Part shown: piece by piece, positions 29,331-38,462 of the stretch
Position numbering within the stretch: position 1 is the first letter of the stretch
How the letters are laid out: every line of letters starts with the position of its first letter
Source of the DNA: Brevinematia bacterium
GTDB taxonomy: Bacteria; Spirochaetota; Brevinematia; Brevinematales; JAOACQ01
NCBI GenBank assembly: GCA_049968515.1
Contig: JBMFQR010000009.1
Coordinates: forward strand, 1,528 to 65,527
Direction: 5' to 3'
Length of the DNA stretch: 64,000 nucleotides
Translations under genes and position numbers: made by a program
Notes under the pieces: generated by a model
The model's input: only the letters and a program-made list of their open reading frames with translations
Database searches by the model: none
What the model was told of the DNA's origin: nothing

Positions 29331-29702
29331 CTATTTTTTTTCAAACAGAAGCTTCTCAATTCTGTTGTTACTATCAAGTAAAACAATTTTCGGTGTAAAA
29401 TTTTTTAATTCATTTTCATCAATCAAAGCAAAGGCGGCAATTATAACCTTATCACCCTTCTGATTCAAATGTGCAGCGGCTCCATTCAAACAGATTACTC
29501 CACTTCCTCTCTCTCCAGGAATGGCATAAGTCATAAGTCTTGACCCATTTGTAATATTCCATACATGCACCTGTTCATAGGAATGTATATCCGCTGCCTC
29601 CATAAGAGACACATCTATTGTTATACTGCCTACATAATCAATATTTGTTTCTGTAACCGCCGCTCTATGAATCTTCGACTTCAAAATACTTACAAGCATC
29701 AA
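29331..29702 (-). CDS. panD: aspartate 1-decarboxylase
   Basis: [24 protein letters not shown] (Gly-Ser self-processing site), NGAAAHL; 123 aa. Confidence 0.9.
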   Translation of the reverse strand: MMLVSILKSKIHRAAVTETNIDYVGSITIDVSLMEAADIHSYEQVHVWNITNGSRLMTYAIPGERGSGVICLNGAAAHLNQKGDKVIIAAFALIDENELKNFTPKIVLLDSNNRIEKLLFEKK

Positions 29703-29755
29703 TTCAACCTACATAATACTTATTTTAATACACAAAAAAAAATATGTAAAGAGTT

Positions 29756-30448
29756 TTAATATATTTTTAAATAAAAATCTTTATTTCCCCAGTATCTTTC
29801 AATCTTATTAAGAATATCTCCATCCTCATCTTTCACATCAAACCTCACAAAGATATTATACTCCCCTACTTCAAGGAAATCCCCATCAGTTTTTCTTGCA
29901 TTCCAGTATTTTGTCAGTTGTGCCTGTCCATTAATAACCTTTATATTTTTCACACTTGAAATCAAAAATCTTGGCTTTTCTTTCCCTTTTGGAATAGCAT
30001 AAACATAAAAATCAACACTTGATGCCTTTTCTGATTTAACAACAACCGCAAAAGTAAGCTTTAAGAACTTACGTGGAGAAACACTCTGCCCACTTTTATC
30101 ATTACCAATAATTATGTAGCTCCCCGCTTTTTGAGAAGCAATCTTTTTAGAGGGTTTAACCTCTATACCTTCATCTGCAATCTTAGGTTTTTCTTCTACT
30201 TCAACAACAGATGTTGAAGAGGCAGATAATTCTCCCACTTTCTGTGATTCAGATACAACATTTGTATTACTAACCTTCTCGGTAATCTCTTCATCCATTA
30301 CAATGTTTGTAGAAGTATTTGTACCCAAAAGATTTTCCTTTAAAAGCTCTGCAACAAGATCCTTCTCAGAAGGAGTTTTTTCTTTTTTTTCACATGCTCC
30401 TATTACAAAGAATGCCAGTGCTATTAACAAAATAAAAAATCTTTTCAC
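29756..30448 (-). CDS. hypothetical lipoprotein with FlgD-Ig-like C-terminal domain
   Basis: Lipobox FFVIGACEKK. C-terminal YWNARKTDGDFLEVGEYNIFVRFDVKDEDGD resembles the FlgD Ig-like (W.G.d..G..l..G.Y...v...D..G) pattern. Confidence 0.4.
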   Translation of the reverse strand: MKRFFILLIALAFFVIGACEKKEKTPSEKDLVAELLKENLLGTNTSTNIVMDEEITEKVSNTNVVSESQKVGELSASSTSVVEVEEKPKIADEGIEVKPSKKIASQKAGSYIIIGNDKSGQSVSPRKFLKLTFAVVVKSEKASSVDFYVYAIPKGKEKPRFLISSVKNIKVINGQAQLTKYWNARKTDGDFLEVGEYNIFVRFDVKDEDGDILNKIERYWGNKDFYLKIY

Positions 30449-30457
30449 TCCAGCCTC

Positions 30458-31747
30458 CTATTCAGCCAGAAAACCAGAATATCTAAAAGAAAATAAAATC
30501 AGACCAACGGGTATCTGGGGAAAAAGACAAAAACTATTAGGAGAACTCTCCTTATTATTATCCATCAATCCAATTATTTTTGACTTGTTGGTTCCATTCA
30601 AAAATAAAGTAGCCTCGTGTGTGCCATTTTTTACATATTCACAGGCAGTTTCATAATCATAAAAATAGCTTACAACTGAATCATCAAGGGGACTTACATT
30701 AATTTTTGCAAGCAATGTCTTATTAAGAACATCTATATCAACAAAGTTACCCGTCTGTGACTTATAGCTCAACATAAAATATCTATTCAGGGCAGCTTTA
30801 TGATAAAAACCAAAACTTACAACGCCCTTGCCTCTGTTCTCTGAAATCAAAAGACTAAGCTTTCTTCTTGCAATCAACTCCTCTCTCTGATTATTGAACT
30901 GAAGTGCTGCAAACTTATAATCGATTGAAAGAACCTTTAAAAACTCTGTTATCGGAATATTTAACTTCCTCAAACCCCTGTGAACCGGATTGATTTGAAC
31001 CCCATCATTATAAAAGTTAAATAAACATACAAGAGTATAATTAAATGCCTCTTTCCCAGTATATTTTTGACCCTTCTGGCTCTTCATTTCCTTCATATAT
31101 TTTAAAGCAGCCTCATAATCCGAATGCCCATCTACAATATATACAGGAGTATTCTTAAAGAAATTTTTTACCTCTTTAAATAGTTCAACGTTATCAATCT
31201 TAAATAATTTATAATTTGTCTTAAAAAAATCAAATTCAAAAATAAGCTGTTTATCTGGAAATTTAATCAGTTTGTCTTCCAGAATACCATTCTGGTCTTT
31301 ATATAAACAACCCACTGGCTTCAAACTCGACTGGGACTCTTTTAATAAAGAATACCTCTCATTTGTATACTTCTCAAGAGGCATTTCTCCCCTTTTTACA
31401 CTTTTACCATAGTCCTCAAGCTTGAGAAGGCCTATCAACCCAGCAACCCTTCGCTGTTCCCCACCACTTACTTTTTCTGCCTCAACAACATAAAAAGAGG
31501 GTTTCTTATCTATAATCAAAACATCACGAAGCAACCAACCAAAAAATTTATTTACAGCATTTTTATACTTCTCTGCTTCATTTCCATCAGGTAATAACAA
31601 ATGAGCATAATTGTTTACTTCTTCCTTTAATTTTGATCTAACTTCTTCCGTGATGAATGCAAAGCCGGGAGAAACAAGACTCTCAATTTTACTAACTTTA
31701 TCTGGATTATAATAAACCCCTCCAAAAGGAATTACATCTGGCATCAC
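30458..31747 (-). CDS. DUF1015-family protein (tentative)
   Basis: 429 aa. The N-terminus MMPDVIPFGGVYYNPDKV resembles the ..I.PF.a.rY start of the DUF1015 family. Low certainty. Confidence 0.35.
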   Translation of the reverse strand: MMPDVIPFGGVYYNPDKVSKIESLVSPGFAFITEEVRSKLKEEVNNYAHLLLPDGNEAEKYKNAVNKFFGWLLRDVLIIDKKPSFYVVEAEKVSGGEQRRVAGLIGLLKLEDYGKSVKRGEMPLEKYTNERYSLLKESQSSLKPVGCLYKDQNGILEDKLIKFPDKQLIFEFDFFKTNYKLFKIDNVELFKEVKNFFKNTPVYIVDGHSDYEAALKYMKEMKSQKGQKYTGKEAFNYTLVCLFNFYNDGVQINPVHRGLRKLNIPITEFLKVLSIDYKFAALQFNNQREELIARRKLSLLISENRGKGVVSFGFYHKAALNRYFMLSYKSQTGNFVDIDVLNKTLLAKINVSPLDDSVVSYFYDYETACEYVKNGTHEATLFLNGTNKSKIIGLMDNNKESSPNSFCLFPQIPVGLILFSFRYSGFLAE

Positions 31748-31861
31748 TTCTCCTTAAAAAAAAATACAATCCATTTAGATTTATCGGAAACTTATAATAT
31801 AAAAATAAAGAAATTCTTAATAAATAGAGCGGTTATATCAACGGTTGCATCAGATTATTTA

Positions 31862-34393
31862 TTAAAAACCTTTGCTATGCTCAACCACAATCTGCTTTAT
31901 TTTATCCTTTAGTTTTTTATCTTTCTTTGCCTTCTTTGTTTTATAACCCTCAAGCAAAAATTTCACCTCACCCCCTTCAAGATAAACTTTAACACTCTTT
32001 CTTGAATTTTCAGAAAAAATATCACTGCCAAGAGAAAAAAGATAATCAGTAAATGGAATCTCTATAAATTTGTTTATCGCTCTCAAAAGTGATCTTGCTC
32101 CATACTTTTTATCATAGCCATTTTCAACAATATAATTCTTAACATCATCTCCGACATCAAGATATAAACCATTCAAAATGAGTGTATCATTCAACTCATT
32201 AATCATTTTTCCAGCAATAGAAATAAGCACCTCCCTGCCAAGTCGATTAAAAATAACAATCTCATCTATTCTGTTTATCAATTCAATCTTAAAAATCTTT
32301 TTTAATTCAGAAATAAAAAACTCATTATTTTCCATTTCAGTTCTACCCGACAAAAATCCCGGCCTTTCTCTGCCATAAAATTTTTCTGTTCCAATATTAG
32401 AAGTCAATATTATTACAGTATTTTTAAAATCCACAATATTTCCAAGACTATCGCTCAATCTACCTTCTTCAAGAATCTGAAGCAAAATATTATAAATATC
32501 CGGATGTGCCTTTTCAATCTCATCAAACAAAACCACGGAATAAGGCTTTCTTCTCACCTTTTCAGTTAAAATTCCTCCAGATTCATATCCAACATAACCC
32601 GGCGGAGCACCTATAATCTTTGATACCTGAAACTTCTCCATATATTCTGACATATCAAGCTGAATTAGTTCATTCTCCGAACCAAACATAAACTTTGCCA
32701 GTGCCTTTGCAAGCGCGGTTTTTCCTACACCAGTAGGACCCAAAAAAACAAAGCTTCCTATAGGCTTATTTACTTTTCTGATACCTGCTACACTTTTTTT
32801 AATCGCATCCGAAAGCACCTTTATGGCATAATCCTGACCCAAAATGCTCTTTTTCAACTCTTCCTCTATGGATAGATATTTATTTCTATCCACTCCTCTG
32901 TCAATCACTGAAACTGGCAGTCCAGTAATGAAAGAAACAACATCCTCTATCTCTTTTCTACCAAGCTCTATCCTTCTACTTTTTATGTTATTCTTATGCC
33001 ATTTCTTTAACAAATTGTAATACTGCGCCTTTAATCTTTCAATTTCATCACGGAAAAATGCTGCCTGTCCAAAATTTTGATATTTTACAAACAATTTTTT
33101 GTCTTCTTCAAGCTGCTTCAATTTAAGCTCGATCTTAACAATTTCCTTCGGTTTTTCTTCCTGTCTGCTTCCCCAGTATGCACCGGCTTCATCCATCAGA
33201 TCAATAGCCTTATCAGGTAACCTTCTTTCCGGTAAAAACCTGCTTGAAAGATGCACAATGGTTGAAATAGCTTCCTTTGTAAAAGAAACATTATGATAAT
33301 CCTCATATTTGACCTTTAATTGAGACAATATCTTTATTGTCTCCTCTATAGAGGGCTCATTAATAATTACAGGCTGAAACCTGCGAAGTAAAGCCTTATC
33401 TTTCTCAATTTTCCTTCGATATTCATCAAAGGTAGTAGCACCTATACAATGGAAGCTCCCCCTTGCCAGTGCAGGTTTCAACATATTTGAAGCATCAAGG
33501 GCACCATCAGAATTTCCAGCACCCAGAATTGTATGTATCTCATCAATAAATACAATAACATCCTCTGAATCCTCAACCTCTTTGATAAGGTTTTTAAGTC
33601 TCTCCTCAAATTCACCCCTGTATTTCGTACCAGCCACTATCAATCCCATATCCAGCAGCATAATCCTTTTATTTTTTAACTTATCCGGCACCATTCCCAT
33701 AACAATCAACTGGGCAAGACCTTCAACTATTGCAGTTTTACCAACACCTGCCTCACCAATAAGTATGGGATTATTTTTCTGCCTTCTCGATAGTATCTGA
33801 ATTAATCTCTGAAGCTCTGATTCCCTTCCAACAACAGGATCCAGAAGATTTTGTGAAGCCATAAGTGTTAAGTTTCTTGAAAACTTATCAAGAAAAGGAG
33901 TTTTAACATTCTTCTTGGAAGGAATTTTATTTGCTACAAAAAAATCTCCATATCCCACAATCTTTATAATTGCCTGCCTTAACATTGGCAAATCAATGCC
34001 TCTATTTTCAAGAAAAACAGGGAGAACGGCTTCATCATCGTTTTCTGCAAATATTCCAAGTAAAAGATGTTCTGTCCCAACATAATTATGTCCTATCTCC
34101 TCCGCTTCCTGTTTGGCTAATTCCACCACATTTAAAAATCTGTTTGAAAGAGGTATACTGCCTAAAATAAAGTTCTGACTTATCCTTGAACGAATTGTTG
34201 TCTCGACCTCTCTTTTCAAATCCTCTATGTCAATTCCAAGATTTCTTAATGCCTTAATTCCTATTCCATCCCCCTCGCGGATCAAAGCAAGAAATAAATG
34301 TTCAGGCAAAACACTTGGACATGAAAGTCTTCGAGCTTCCTGATAGGAAAGAATATCAAGAATTTTTTGTGCACGTGGAGTAAAAGCACTCAT
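31862..34393 (-). CDS. clpC: ATP-dependent Clp protease ATP-binding subunit ClpC
   Basis: Double Clp_N repeat, D1 Walker [13 protein letters not shown]-like linker [16 protein letters not shown]2 Walker [19 protein letters not shown] sensor; 843 aa. Confidence 0.9.
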   Translation of the reverse strand: MSAFTPRAQKILDILSYQEARRLSCPSVLPEHLFLALIREGDGIGIKALRNLGIDIEDLKREVETTIRSRISQNFILGSIPLSNRFLNVVELAKQEAEEIGHNYVGTEHLLLGIFAENDDEAVLPVFLENRGIDLPMLRQAIIKIVGYGDFFVANKIPSKKNVKTPFLDKFSRNLTLMASQNLLDPVVGRESELQRLIQILSRRQKNNPILIGEAGVGKTAIVEGLAQLIVMGMVPDKLKNKRIMLLDMGLIVAGTKYRGEFEERLKNLIKEVEDSEDVIVFIDEIHTILGAGNSDGALDASNMLKPALARGSFHCIGATTFDEYRRKIEKDKALLRRFQPVIINEPSIEETIKILSQLKVKYEDYHNVSFTKEAISTIVHLSSRFLPERRLPDKAIDLMDEAGAYWGSRQEEKPKEIVKIELKLKQLEEDKKLFVKYQNFGQAAFFRDEIERLKAQYYNLLKKWHKNNIKSRRIELGRKEIEDVVSFITGLPVSVIDRGVDRNKYLSIEEELKKSILGQDYAIKVLSDAIKKSVAGIRKVNKPIGSFVFLGPTGVGKTALAKALAKFMFGSENELIQLDMSEYMEKFQVSKIIGAPPGYVGYESGGILTEKVRRKPYSVVLFDEIEKAHPDIYNILLQILEEGRLSDSLGNIVDFKNTVIILTSNIGTEKFYGRERPGFLSGRTEMENNEFFISELKKIFKIELINRIDEIVIFNRLGREVLISIAGKMINELNDTLILNGLYLDVGDDVKNYIVENGYDKKYGARSLLRAINKFIEIPFTDYLFSLGSDIFSENSRKSVKVYLEGGEVKFLLEGYKTKKAKKDKKLKDKIKQIVVEHSKGF

Positions 34394-34403
34394 AAATCAC
34401 ACC

Positions 34404-35438
34404 TTAAATATAAGCTTTTTTGTACTTTAAGGCACCAACAATTTTGTGAATTAAAAAAAGCCTCGCCTCATCAAGATTATCAACATCAAGTCCATATTTA
34501 TATCTTAAGTAATCATCCTGTCCCGAAAATAATAGACCCCTTAAGTAATTTATATCATCGACATAAAAAACGTGTTTGTTGAGTAAATCAAAGATAGAAA
34601 CATACTCTACAAGCTCCGGATAGGTTAACTTTTCAATTTTATTCAGCTTAAGACACTTATCAAAAATCCTGCCCACCTCCGTTTTTTTCCCAAAAATGAA
34701 ATTTTCTCTCATTTCACGCTCAACCTTAAGAATATTAATAAGTAGAGACTCAAACTCATTCATAATCTCTTCTTCAGAAATGCCAAGTGAATAAAGATTA
34801 AATATATAGAACAAAGGAATGTTTGAATTTAAAAAAGGCTTAAAAGAGTAAGACATTTCATTTAAAGACCTGGTAAAACTCTCCAGATTACCCGAATATA
34901 AAATTCCTGGAAGATTAACCAGCACAGAAATTCTTAAAGCTGTACCAACATTTAAAATAGAAGTTGTAAGATAACCAAACTCCTCATCGTATGCAAACTC
35001 TACCCTTTCTTCAAGATCTGTAAGAAAGCCATTTATCCTTTCATACATATTTCTTATATTATAACCAAATTCAACAGAAAAAATCTTTAAGTGATCCTCT
35101 TCATTAAAAAGCACAACCCAATTACCATTTTTCTGATAACAGAAAACCCTGCTATTCTTTATGAAACTGTCACTCAAAACCTTACTGGCAAGGTATACTT
35201 GCAGATCCTGACTTGAAAGCTGCTCAATCCTTTGAATCTCCACATCTTTACAAAGGCTCTTTATTTCCTCACAAACCTTCTCTTCTATTTCCATCTGTGT
35301 TTTTTCATCAAGAAACAAAGGAAACTTAAGCCCATCAAGATTTCTTGAAATTCTTACCCTTGAGGTTAACACGAAGTCATCAAGAGGATTTTTTCGGCGA
35401 TTTTGTTTTTTTGGAAACTCAATATAGTTCATCTTCAT
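34404..35438 (-). CDS. mcsB: protein arginine kinase McsB (ATP:guanido phosphotransferase family)
   Basis: VLTSRVRISRNLDGLKFP, NEEDHLKI, LTTSILNVGTALR blocks. Lies between mcsA-like and clpC as in Gram-positive operons. Confidence 0.75.
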   Translation of the reverse strand: MKMNYIEFPKKQNRRKNPLDDFVLTSRVRISRNLDGLKFPLFLDEKTQMEIEEKVCEEIKSLCKDVEIQRIEQLSSQDLQVYLASKVLSDSFIKNSRVFCYQKNGNWVVLFNEEDHLKIFSVEFGYNIRNMYERINGFLTDLEERVEFAYDEEFGYLTTSILNVGTALRISVLVNLPGILYSGNLESFTRSLNEMSYSFKPFLNSNIPLFYIFNLYSLGISEEEIMNEFESLLINILKVEREMRENFIFGKKTEVGRIFDKCLKLNKIEKLTYPELVEYVSIFDLLNKHVFYVDDINYLRGLLFSGQDDYLRYKYGLDVDNLDEARLFLIHKIVGALKYKKAYI

Positions 35439-36021
35439 AGTTTATTGGATAAGTTCCTATAAGCTTCTCAAGCCTTTTTTTTACCTTTTCTGCCTCTTCA
35501 TAATTTTCGTTCAAAAGAAGTCTTTTTATTTTATTCATCAGAAACATAATCTCTTTTTTAACAAGAAATAGAGAAACATACTTTTTCGGCATCCTACCCT
35601 TATGCTGAACTCCTCTCTCAAAATCCATTATGTAATCTTTTATTTTCTTTCTAAACGTGGTGTAACAATAAGGACATCCAAGAAAGCCACTCTCTGTAAA
35701 GCCTTTAAATGTTATACCACAATGTGAGCAGATTTCTTCTTTTGCTTCAGTATAACTTTTTGTTTTTGCTGCTACTTCAACGCCTTTAATTATATAGCCT
35801 ATCAGATCCCTCACCTGTGTGAGAGAATTTAATATTTTATCGTCTATATGAGTAAAATCCAGCTTACCTGTGGAATTCTCAAGATAATGTAAAGCACAGC
35901 GGGCACAAAAACCCCTTTCCTCAACCACATTATTCTTTATTATTTTTAGAAAAACAAGAGCATCTTCTTTACCACAAACGCTACAAACTTTTCGATGACC
36001 GGATTTTTCTGAATGAGGCAT
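35419..36021 (-). CDS. mcsA: McsA-like protein (zinc-finger plus UVR domain)
   Basis: CSVCGK...CARCA and CSHCG...CPYCY cysteine pairs, C-terminal UVR-like NENYEEAEKVKKRLEKL. 20-nt overlap with mcsB. Confidence 0.6.
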   Translation of the reverse strand: MPHSEKSGHRKVCSVCGKEDALVFLKIIKNNVVEERGFCARCALHYLENSTGKLDFTHIDDKILNSLTQVRDLIGYIIKGVEVAAKTKSYTEAKEEICSHCGITFKGFTESGFLGCPYCYTTFRKKIKDYIMDFERGVQHKGRMPKKYVSLFLVKKEIMFLMNKIKRLLLNENYEEAEKVKKRLEKLIGTYPINYEDELY

Positions 36022-36156
36022 AAAAGGCTCCTTTCAGCTTTAGAGTAGAAGTGCTGATACACAAAGTTTCGTCACCCCGATAACGAAACTAAATCTTATA
36101 TATATTATACAATATATAAAAAACAAAGTAAAGCCCTTATAAAAAGTTTTCTCCAG

Positions 36157-36210
36157 CTTTTCCACTTTCAAACCTTGAGTTATATTTCCACTCTCATTGT
36201 TGTAACAACA
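36157..36210 (-). repeat. 54-nt element, copy 1 (52/54 identical to 63593..63646 on the opposite strand)
   Basis: Minus strand reads TGTTGTTACAACAATGAGAGTGGAAATATAACTCAAGGTTTGAAAGTGGAAAAG. Contains AGTGGAAA twice, 25 nt apart. Lies about 135 nt upstream of mcsA in the sense orientation. Confidence 0.8.
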
Positions 36211-36221
36211 TTTTCCTGAAA

Positions 36222-36259
36222 AAACAAAAAAGCATTGCCTTATTTCAAGCAACGCCTTT
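36222..36259 (-). terminator. rho-independent terminator after vapC; near-identical copy of the flgE terminator
   Basis: Minus strand AAAGGCGTTGC-TTGAAATAAG-GCAATGC followed by a T-run. Matches 37032-37070 except for one indel and one substitution. Confidence 0.6.
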
Positions 36260-36285
36260 AAGATTAAAATCTCCCTCACAACTTA

Positions 36286-36705
36286 TCAACTTATGAAAAC
36301 ACACTCATAATCCAACTCAACCTTTGCAATTTTATATAACATTTCATCAGAAGTAATAAATCTATCAACCTCTTTTATTTTAGCAGAAGTTAATTGTATA
36401 CTATCAAGTGTTCTCAGTCTGTGCTTTCTAATCATTTCAATGGCAAGCAGTTCCAGCATCGCATCAAACTTAACAATTTCAAAATTAAGATAATCCAGTT
36501 TAAACTCACGCAAAACAGTTTGAAACTCTTCTTTACTTAATGACTTATCCACCAATCTTCTCTCAATTGCTGAATGAAATTCTATTTTTGTAATCGGTGA
36601 GACAAATATTTCTGAAGATACATCAAAAACGTGATTTAACTCTTCACTTCCTGATTCTTTTATATACCTTTTAACAAGAGACGACGTATCAATAAACACT
36701 CTCAC
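36286..36705 (-). CDS. vapC: PIN-domain toxin VapC
   Basis: MRVFIDTSSLVKRY (first acidic residue), ...LDSIQLTSA..., ITSDEML; 139 aa. 4-nt overlap with the upstream small antitoxin-like ORF. Confidence 0.7.
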   Translation of the reverse strand: MRVFIDTSSLVKRYIKESGSEELNHVFDVSSEIFVSPITKIEFHSAIERRLVDKSLSKEEFQTVLREFKLDYLNFEIVKFDAMLELLAIEMIRKHRLRTLDSIQLTSAKIKEVDRFITSDEMLYKIAKVELDYECVFIS

Positions 36706-36887
36706 TCTTCATACCTCAATCGCACAATTGTCTTAGATAGAGGTTCTCCTTTAATAGAAACCTGATTTATCTTTCGTTGCCATGACTTTTTTTCTATTCG
36801 AATCTCAACATCACTTTTACTCTCCGGCAAATCATTGTCCAGAATCTTTATTTTACCATTTTCATAGGTTCCATGTAGTATTATCAT
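36702..36887 (-). CDS. antitoxin (DUF104 / VapB-like small protein)
   Basis: MIILHGTYENGKIKILDNDLPESKSDVEIRIEKK resembles the G.y.nG.i.l......l.e...v.i pattern of DUF104 antitoxins. Start moved to ATG 36887 (track start 36917). Confidence 0.5.
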   Translation of the reverse strand: MIILHGTYENGKIKILDNDLPESKSDVEIRIEKKSWQRKINQVSIKGEPLSKTIVRLRYEE

Positions 36888-37031
36888 ACCACATTCCTCC
36901 ATAGAGTGATATTGCAACCTCTTTCCTTTTGCAAAATTTTATAAAAATTACACAATTTATATAATATGGAATAAACACATTTTTCTGTATGTTTTAATTA
37001 TATAAACAACTGCTTACAAAGTCAATATTTC

Positions 37032-37070
37032 AAACAAAAAAGGCGTTGCCTTATTTCAAGCAACGCCTTT
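37032..37070 (-). terminator. rho-independent terminator of flgE
   Basis: Minus strand AAAGGCGTTGC-TTGAAATAAG-GCAACGCC followed by TTTTTTGTTTG, 17 nt after the flgE stop. Confidence 0.7.
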
Positions 37071-37086
37071 CTCTTTATCTAAAATC

Positions 37087-38451
37087 TTATCTCTTCAGAT
37101 TCAAAATTTCCCTCAGCATATCATCACTTGTTGTTACCACTCTCGAGTTAGCCTGAAAGCCTCTTTCAGTGACAATCATATCGGTAAATGTTTCGGAAAG
37201 GTCAACGTTAGACATTTCGAGTGTACCAGCATTTATTTTTCCTCTACCCTGGGTGCCAGCCTCACCTACATTTGGCATTCCGGAGTTGTTTGACTCAGAG
37301 AATAATGTCTCACCTTCTTTTATCAAACCCATCGGATTAACAAAGGCTGCAACTGCTATCTGACCCAACGTCCTGATTTCACCATTTGAGTAATTTCCTG
37401 TGATAGTTCCAGAATCATCTATCTTGAATGACTCAAGATAGCCCATCTCATAACCATCCTGAAAATATGCCCTTGTTGAAGTTGGAGCACTGAATTGAGT
37501 TACTGAATCTTTCACCTGTCCTGATGTGCCGAGTGCAAGGTTGAAATTTCTTGTTTCACCATCGGGAAGTGTGTAGACCACATTCGCAGTCAATATCCCT
37601 TCTGTTAAAGTTTGAGGATTTGCACCTGCTGCTTCTCCAATAGAAGCGATTGTTCCATTGGTATTAAAGTTTAAAATCAACTCATTGTTTGTGTCGACCT
37701 TGGCTCCACCAACGTTTATCTTTATCGTATCTGTTGCAACACCATCAATTGTGGCAGTCATTCTCCACCTGTTCAAATCTTCTCGTCTGAAATTCAAGAG
37801 AAGGGCATGTTTATTACCATATCTGTCGAAAATGTCTATTCTTGTGGAATGAGTATTCTTTATCAATTCTTCCTGCGTGGGATTTGCACCCAAAATTGGC
37901 GTGTCAAAATTCAGATTGCTCTTTACTCTGACAACAGAGGTTTCTCTTGCCTCAAGTTTTTCCATTAGAGGAATCTTTATGTCTTCAACAGGCGCAGAGG
38001 TGTTTATAATTCTCTCCCCATTTTCAAGGGTAATTGCATTCCAACCCTGAACCTTTAAACCATTTGCATTAACGAGTGTCCCTTCCTTATCAATCAGAAA
38101 GTTTCCATTTCTTGTATAAAATGTCCTCTCACCGAGCTTCATCACAAAGAACCCCTCTCCTGCAATGGCAAGGTCAGTATTCTTTCCGGTAACCTGCAAG
38201 CTTCCCTGATTCATCAATGTATCGATAGAGGCAATTGTCATACCAAGACCTACCTGCTTCGGGTTTAAACCACCTCTTTCATCGGTTGGTTTTGCTGCAC
38301 CGGTCAATGTCTGGGAAAGAATATCCTGAAATGTAACCCTTCCTTTTTTAAAGCCCGTAGTATTAACGTTTGCGACATTGTTACCAATCACATCCATTCT
38401 TGTTTGATGGTTCTGTAAACCAGAAACCGCTGAATATAATGAACGCATCAT
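37087..38451 (-). CDS. flgE: flagellar hook protein FlgE
   Basis: N-terminal MMRSLYSAVSGLQNHQTRMDVIGNNVANVNTTGFK, C-terminal GTLEMSNVDLSETFTDMIVTERGFQANSRVVTTSDDMLREILNLKR; 454 aa, no cysteine. Confidence 0.92.
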   Translation of the reverse strand: MMRSLYSAVSGLQNHQTRMDVIGNNVANVNTTGFKKGRVTFQDILSQTLTGAAKPTDERGGLNPKQVGLGMTIASIDTLMNQGSLQVTGKNTDLAIAGEGFFVMKLGERTFYTRNGNFLIDKEGTLVNANGLKVQGWNAITLENGERIINTSAPVEDIKIPLMEKLEARETSVVRVKSNLNFDTPILGANPTQEELIKNTHSTRIDIFDRYGNKHALLLNFRREDLNRWRMTATIDGVATDTIKINVGGAKVDTNNELILNFNTNGTIASIGEAAGANPQTLTEGILTANVVYTLPDGETRNFNLALGTSGQVKDSVTQFSAPTSTRAYFQDGYEMGYLESFKIDDSGTITGNYSNGEIRTLGQIAVAAFVNPMGLIKEGETLFSESNNSGMPNVGEAGTQGRGKINAGTLEMSNVDLSETFTDMIVTERGFQANSRVVTTSDDMLREILNLKR

Positions 38452-38462
38452 AGGCTAACTCC

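Noticed and set aside
36041-36060. CIRCE-like half-site (minus strand TCAGCACTT, 7/9 to TTAGCACTC) upstream of mcsA.
   Set aside because: The required inverted partner 9 nt away is absent, so this is not an HrcA operator. No CtsR heptad repeat was found either.
36157-36210. Considered whether the repeated 54-mer (ending GTTTGAAAGTGGAAAAG) marks a CRISPR array.
   Set aside because: There are only two copies, 27 kb apart and in opposite orientation, with no regularly spaced repeats and no cas genes in the window.
36040-36279. 79-aa minus-strand ORF between mcsA and vapC.
   Set aside because: It reads through the duplicated terminator hairpin and the 54-nt repeat. The sequence is better explained as non-coding repeat DNA.
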